Part shown: in pieces, positions 58,879 through 64,000 of the stretch
How the letters are laid out: each line of letters begins with the position of its first letter
How positions within the stretch are numbered: position 1 is the first letter of the stretch
DNA from: a virus
Taxonomy: Duplodnaviria > Caudoviricetes
Length of the DNA stretch: 64,000 nucleotides
Strand: one strand, 5' to 3'
IMG/VR virus record: IMGVR_UViG_2548876794_000003
Coordinates: 1 to 64,000 of that record
Position numbers and translations under genes: made by a program
Notes under the pieces: generated by a model
Databases searched by the model: none
The model's input: only the letters and a program-made list of their open reading frames with translations
Told to the model about the DNA's origin: nothing

Positions 58879-58924
58879 TATATATACCTCCAGTCGTCGA
58901 GGGCTCTAGTCCCTAAAAACGACA

Positions 58925-59255
58925 TTCATTTCAATTAGTGCGTTCATCATGGTATGTCGGAGACACACATACGAAAGCACGACAAAGAACCCTAACTTCC
59001 TCGAAGTAGGGCACCGCAGCGTAACACTCCCGCAAGAGTTGTTATTTAAAGTGTGCATTGCACACATCAGCCACATATGAAGTATGGGGAGCTTCGTGCT
59101 TGGAGCCATCGTGGTTTTCGATGGCGACGCGAAGCGGTAACACACCTCTAATGCTTGGGACAAATGTGCTGTGTCCATTAAAGTAACAATCATGTGTGCA
59201 TACGAATGCGATTGTAACCTTAATGCACATAGGGGAGATCCCCTACGCACAATAC
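58925..59255 (-). ncRNA. Candidate structured RNA/leader downstream of the RNA polymerase genes
   Basis: Nearly continuous hairpins, e.g. CATTAAGGTTACAATC/GATTGTTACTTTAATG, GCCATCG/CGATGGC, GTGTGC/GCACAC, GTATGT/ACATAC. Confidence 0.5.
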
Positions 59256-59261
59256 TACTTA

Positions 59262-61541
59262 TTAGAATCCGAATAAATCGTCGTCATCTTCATCTTCATC
59301 ATCTAACTCAGCTAGTAACGCTGCTTTACGATCTTCTAAAGTTTCTGCTGCTTCTACAGTTTCTTCTTCGTTATCAGTTGCATCGTCACCAAATAAATCA
59401 TCATTACTGTCATCAGAAACTTCATCTTCGTCATCTGTAGCGAATAGTTCTTCATCGTCTGCAGAGATTTCGTCAGCTTCTTTTGTTTCTTTCTTGCTAG
59501 ATTTGAAGCGGTCTTTAATCATTGCTTTGTTTTCATCTGATTCAGCGATGATGTCGATGATGTTTTCTTCTGCATCACCTACAACTTGAATCACGATACC
59601 AACGTTTGCGTAACCTTTGTTTTTAGAGAATACTGCTTGTACTAAACGAACTTTCTTCATTGAAGCTGGTTCAGTTGTACCATTGAATACGCCATTACGT
59701 TGTTCATCGTTTGATACATTTGAGCTGTATGTGCTAACAGGTAACACTAATGCTGCTTTATTTTCGTCAGCACTTACATCCCAGATAGCAGGGATTGTTT
59801 GGCGATTCTTGTTATCCATGTTTGTTGTATAAAGCTCTTTGCCAGCTTTGAATGTAGCTAATAATTTAGCAACGTTTTCTGTAGCGTATTTAGTGATGTT
59901 GCCTTCTTCATCTTGTGTGTACATTGAATCTTCTTTGAAGTAAGAGCTATCACCTTGTAAGAATAAGATACCTTCTGGTGCTGTTTCGATAGAGCGTTCA
60001 ATGATTTCTTGTGCTTTATCTTGAATGTTACGTTTTGCTACGATACGGAATTTCTGTTCGCCATCTTCATCTAATTCAATTGATTCTTGAATTTCGAATA
60101 CATATTCACCTTCTGGTAAGAAGTTTACGAAGTATGGGTTGAAGCCTTTTTCGTTGAATGTCACAACGTCACCATTTTGGTATGGTAGTTCCTCAACGTT
60201 TGGCGCGATGAATAGTTCATCTTCTGTTACGAATGAAGCTTTGTAGCCTTCAAGGTCAGTTGATTCGTTGTGGATCATTTCAGCGTATAGTAATTGTTCC
60301 TCTGCGAATAGGGCACTGAAAGCAGATGACATTGTGTTTGATTTGTTATCTTCACCATAACGAAGGTCGCCAATTTGACGAGTGATTAATGCTAATTTCG
60401 CTGCATCTACACCAAGTTGAGTTGCTTTTAAACGTACGGCAGCTTTCATGAATTCAGTTAATGGTTTGTATTTTTTAGATACACGAGCACGTACTTCCAT
60501 TGCTTCGTCAGTATCAGAATCAACTAATTGTAATTCATATTTTGTTTCATCGCGTTGAGCACGTTCAATTGCATCGAATTGAGTTAATGTTGATTGTACA
60601 TATGAAGTGAACTCTGGGTTCTCACTTACTACTGCTGCAGCTTCGATAACCTCTGATTTAATGAATGTTGCTTCACGAGCTGTTTCATCAAGGTCGATTA
60701 ATGCATTGTAGATTTCAGTAAGGCTGTATTTCTTGAACTGTTGTTTCAAGTCAGTGAAGATAGCTTTACCTTTTTTATCGTAGTCTAGTTCATCTCGGTA
60801 GAATAATGATACGCGGCTACCAGCTGTTTCTGCATTATCACTTGCGATAGTTAAGAACTGCTCAGTCATTTTTTCTTTGTATTCCGCTTTCATTTCATCA
60901 GTGAATAGCAGTTGTACTTTTACTGAACCTTTGTTAATAGATGCTACTTTATATGCTTTTGATGGGCTTGCGATTACTGATACTTCGTAAGCTTTTTTGA
61001 ATGCGTCAATGTGACGTTGCATATCAATATCGAATACTAAGTCAACATCTGCTAATAATTCGATGATTGTTTTGTCTGTTGCTGATTTGAAGTCGAAGTG
61101 TTCTAACGTTTTCAAGATAGCTTCACGATCTGCGACGTTAAGTTCTGCTTGCTCTACGATTACACCAGAAGCATTAACGAATGATGTTTTCGTACGTTTG
61201 ATAGCTTTGTATTTAGTGATTGTTGGTACAGTGTTATCTTTGTTGAAGATTTCGCCAAGAACACGACGAGTTTCTTCTGTTGCTACAGTGTATGCTTCTT
61301 CTGTGATGCCACGTAATGCTGCGCCGAATTTTAATGTTTCTGCTGCTGCTTTAAGTGCTTGTGACGCGTTTGCTACGATACCGATACCAGCAACTTTAGC
61401 TGATGTTTGTTTAACCATTGTTAATGCTAAGTTCTCTGCAGCGTAACCGAATTTTGATGCACGTTGAGCTTGAACTTCTTTGATGTTTTTAACGAATGAT
61501 GTAGCTGCGAATTGGTTGAATTTGTTGTTTGTGAATGTCAT
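59262..61541 (-). CDS. Probable C-terminal subunit of a split RdRP/YonO-family RNA polymerase
   Basis: GIGIVANA (RdRP LG.I.N-like) and QRHIDAFKK (AVD..K-like) motifs; adjacent to the catalytic gene; SD AGGAGG; acidic tail. Confidence 0.55.
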   Translation of the reverse strand: MTFTNNKFNQFAATSFVKNIKEVQAQRASKFGYAAENLALTMVKQTSAKVAGIGIVANASQALKAAAETLKFGAALRGITEEAYTVATEETRRVLGEIFNKDNTVPTITKYKAIKRTKTSFVNASGVIVEQAELNVADREAILKTLEHFDFKSATDKTIIELLADVDLVFDIDMQRHIDAFKKAYEVSVIASPSKAYKVASINKGSVKVQLLFTDEMKAEYKEKMTEQFLTIASDNAETAGSRVSLFYRDELDYDKKGKAIFTDLKQQFKKYSLTEIYNALIDLDETAREATFIKSEVIEAAAVVSENPEFTSYVQSTLTQFDAIERAQRDETKYELQLVDSDTDEAMEVRARVSKKYKPLTEFMKAAVRLKATQLGVDAAKLALITRQIGDLRYGEDNKSNTMSSAFSALFAEEQLLYAEMIHNESTDLEGYKASFVTEDELFIAPNVEELPYQNGDVVTFNEKGFNPYFVNFLPEGEYVFEIQESIELDEDGEQKFRIVAKRNIQDKAQEIIERSIETAPEGILFLQGDSSYFKEDSMYTQDEEGNITKYATENVAKLLATFKAGKELYTTNMDNKNRQTIPAIWDVSADENKAALVLPVSTYSSNVSNDEQRNGVFNGTTEPASMKKVRLVQAVFSKNKGYANVGIVIQVVGDAEENIIDIIAESDENKAMIKDRFKSSKKETKEADEISADDEELFATDDEDEVSDDSNDDLFGDDATDNEEETVEAAETLEDRKAALLAELDDEDEDDDDLFGF

Positions 61542-61622
61542 GATAAATTTCCTCCTATGCTAAACCGTTTTGATTTAGCTCCATAAATAATTTTTTAGTT
61601 TAATGTTTGTTTTATAAATAAT

Positions 61623-61652
61623 AAAAAGCCACACAACTGACAGTCATGCGGC
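61623..61652 (-). terminator. Intrinsic terminator between the two polymerase genes
   Basis: GCCGCATGAC-TGTCA-GTTGTGTGGC-TTTTT. Confidence 0.6.
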
Positions 61653-61700
61653 AGGTCCATAATACTGAGTGACAATGAAATGATGTTGCTAAACTTACTA

Positions 61701-64000
61701 TTAAAGTAAATCTGTAGTGCTGTGAGCTTCTGCTTGTGTTGCTGATAATGCTTCGACAATACGTTGGTCAAATACTAATGTAAAACCATCCATATCCCAG
61801 TCAGAACCAGACATGATTAAGTTCAACGTTGGGTGGAATGGAAGCATAACAATACCATCTGATAATGCTTTCATGTACGTTTTAGCGCCTTTCATTAATT
61901 CTTTAACAACTGCTACTGGTAACGTTTTGCCGTCTTTGTTTTTACGACCAAGTAATGCTGCTGCTTTATCTTCGATGCGTGATAAGATTTCATCACGAGA
62001 TACAACGTTTGCAATATGGAAGTCACGAGCACCTGGTTTTGGTGAACGATAGAATACTAATTGCATTGTGATATTTCCTTCTGCATCTACTAGGTCATGC
62101 TTACGAGCATAGCTTTCTGCAGCTGGTGAATACACTTCATCTGTTCCTAATACACCTAGACGGTAAGCCGCTTCTGCGTTACGAAGGTCCTCGAATGCTT
62201 GACGAACAACACGTTTCTTCATTACACCTTTACGAATTTGCATATATGAAGGTTTGATTCCCTCTACTGATTCGTATTTAGCTGTTTGACTTTCAATACC
62301 AGCTTCTACTAAATCGTTGTAATCTTTTAATGCTTTTAAGTGAGCCGCTTCGTGTTGTGTTAAACCTTCTTCATCTGTGTTGAAGTCGATGAATTTAAAA
62401 TTAGCAATATCATCTGGTGTGTTGAATAGTAGAGCAGGTAAGTCGTATAAACCAGACGCATAAGTACCAGCTACAACGTCACGAGATTTGCTATCAAGGT
62501 CACGATTTGTAACGTTGATTACATCTCCTAAAATAGAGTTAACAATAGATGATTCTTTTTCGAATGCGAAACGAGGAGCAGCACTACGCATAATACCTGT
62601 GTAGTAAAGGCTATCTCCTGTTAATTGTGAAGCAGATACTTTAGGATCACGCAATGCTTGATTGCCTTCTTCATCTGTTTCTGTACCGATTGCCGCACTT
62701 AATGCACGACGAGCTGTTTCAGCGCCTAATGTTTCGATTAATAATGGAGCTTGGTCTTGGTTTTCTACAGCCTTAGTTAATGCTTCTTTTTTATCCATAC
62801 CTTCTGCTACGAATTGTTTTGCTAAATCTGCAACACGCATATCTTTCATGTTTTGTACTGCATCTTCTGTTAATAGAGATTGTCCCATTTGACCAGAGTG
62901 ATTCGTTGTTTGTTTAGCAGGGTGAGAAAATGTCATAACTGGCATTGTTGTTTTTGTACCTTCACCGTATGAAACAGGAACTTTCATTTCATCTAGTGTT
63001 GCGATGTAAGTAGGGATAGCTGTTTTATCTACTACTTTTTGAATGATAACTGCGTCATATCCTTTGAAGTATGATTTGATACCATTGAATGCTTTCTTTT
63101 CATTAGCATCTGTTGCACGAGCTTCCATCCATTCTTCACGAGTGATGTATTTAATTTTGTATCCTTGGAATACTAAAGCGTGGATGTATGCTGCAATTGT
63201 TCTAGGCATGAATAGTACGCTTGCTACTTTGTTTACGCCATCGAAACGAGCTTGCATTAATTCACCCACAAAGTGTTGAGGTTTGAACATTGCGCTACCA
63301 CCAATTGAAATTGAAGCATTGTTGATAGATTTCGCTACATATTCAGCACTTACGATTTCGCCACCATCTTTCAGTACGCCATAACGTTTTGTTAAATCAA
63401 TCATTGGAGAAACATCATCTCCATTGAATTTCGCTAAATCTACACCAGCTGTGTGTGTTTGAGATTCACGAGTTGCGATATTGATTAAATCTGCTTTGCT
63501 TGCTTCACGATCTTTGAATTGATCAACGAAGTATTGATTCATGCCGTTTGTTGCAGCATTTGTGATTTCGCGGAATTTTGCTTTACCTTCTTCTGTATCT
63601 GGTAAGGCAATCATTAATAAGCGTTTTACTTTCGCCATACCTGGAGTGTATTGGAATCCGTATAAACGAAGCGCGCCTAATTTATTGAATTCTTCAATTG
63701 TTAATGAAGTGTTGTTTAATAGTGAACGATATGTGTTACGAGAACGAGTGTATAATTCCACTGAACCGTTATCTGCGAATACTACATATAAGCCAGTTTC
63801 TAAAGCGTCTAATGAAGATTTGTCGAATTTAACTTCTAATAAACCGTTAAGGAAGTTCTCAACTTTCATTTCACCAAGATCTGTCATGATTGTTGTTTCT
63901 CTTTGTAATGCTTGACCTTCTAAGCCTTCTACCATTTCGATATAGCGATCTGTAGAAACACCTGTTTTTGTAGATGCTACAGAAGTGCTTACTTGGTGTA
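61701..64000 (-). CDS. RdRP/YonO-family two-barrel RNA polymerase, catalytic subunit (5' end outside the window)
   Basis: KDGGEIVS, MQARFDGVNK, GVLGTDEV, LVFYRSP, GIVMLP, MSGSDWDMDG in the order of the RdRP/YonO family; frame stays open to nt 64000. Confidence 0.82.
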   Translation of the reverse strand, partial: HQVSTSVASTKTGVSTDRYIEMVEGLEGQALQRETTIMTDLGEMKVENFLNGLLEVKFDKSSLDALETGLYVVFADNGSVELYTRSRNTYRSLLNNTSLTIEEFNKLGALRLYGFQYTPGMAKVKRLLMIALPDTEEGKAKFREITNAATNGMNQYFVDQFKDREASKADLINIATRESQTHTAGVDLAKFNGDDVSPMIDLTKRYGVLKDGGEIVSAEYVAKSINNASISIGGSAMFKPQHFVGELMQARFDGVNKVASVLFMPRTIAAYIHALVFQGYKIKYITREEWMEARATDANEKKAFNGIKSYFKGYDAVIIQKVVDKTAIPTYIATLDEMKVPVSYGEGTKTTMPVMTFSHPAKQTTNHSGQMGQSLLTEDAVQNMKDMRVADLAKQFVAEGMDKKEALTKAVENQDQAPLLIETLGAETARRALSAAIGTETDEEGNQALRDPKVSASQLTGDSLYYTGIMRSAAPRFAFEKESSIVNSILGDVINVTNRDLDSKSRDVVAGTYASGLYDLPALLFNTPDDIANFKFIDFNTDEEGLTQHEAAHLKALKDYNDLVEAGIESQTAKYESVEGIKPSYMQIRKGVMKKRVVRQAFEDLRNAEAAYRLGVLGTDEVYSPAAESYARKHDLVDAEGNITMQLVFYRSPKPGARDFHIANVVSRDEILSRIEDKAAALLGRKNKDGKTLPVAVVKELMKGAKTYMKALSDGIVMLPFHPTLNLIMSGSDWDMDGFTLVFDQRIVEALSATQAEAHSTTDLL

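Noticed and set aside
59040-59075. Hammerhead ribozyme (CTGATG + hairpin on the minus strand)
   Set aside because: Lacks CUGAUGA and the GAAA core.
58495-59440. ORFs 58495-58746(+), 58906-59250(-), 59042-59230(-), 59171-59440(+)
   Set aside because: No SD, atypical composition, and they overlap hairpin-rich DNA or real genes.
61542-61700. Frameshift, intron or assembly error splitting the RNAP gene
   Set aside because: Triple stop, terminator hairpin and a strong SD for the second gene indicate a genuine two-gene arrangement.

Overview
64 kb segment of a large, AT-rich extrachromosomal element of a Bacillales-type (Firmicutes) host, most consistent with an SPbeta/YonO-like temperate phage or phage-plasmid. 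No virion or conjugation genes lie in this window, so the lifestyle is inferred. Almost all genes are on the minus strand. Left to right: 3' end of a KilAC antirepressor; a tRNA cluster (Ser-GCT, Asn-GTT) with extra tRNA-like and structured non-coding segments; nucleotide metabolism (nrdHIEF class Ib, dfr, thyA, later dut); an AEP-primase/CHC2 replication protein with an internal palindrome; a PcfJ-like protein; groES and a terD-vWA-terC cluster; a plus-strand WapA/RHS toxin-immunity island whose toxin tip appears frameshifted at an A7 run; a type Ib-like parA plus small partner with dispersed 8-bp GCATAC-type repeats (largest array about 1.25 kb); a HigBA-like TA pair; an N6 methyltransferase; many small hypothetical genes; RNase H; and an RdRP/YonO-family two-barrel RNA polymerase apparently split into two genes just after its DxDxD loop, followed by long structured leaders. 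The strongest novel candidate is an RNA-level control circuit around the polymerase region. A roughly 105-nt stand-alone sRNA at about 20.0 kb carries two segments antisense to the SD-proximal leaders of two genes at 56.2 and 58.5 kb. Covarying leader hairpins and a recurrent CCGACTA motif at translation starts may belong to the same regulatory layer. All family assignments were made by eye from motifs; no searches were run.
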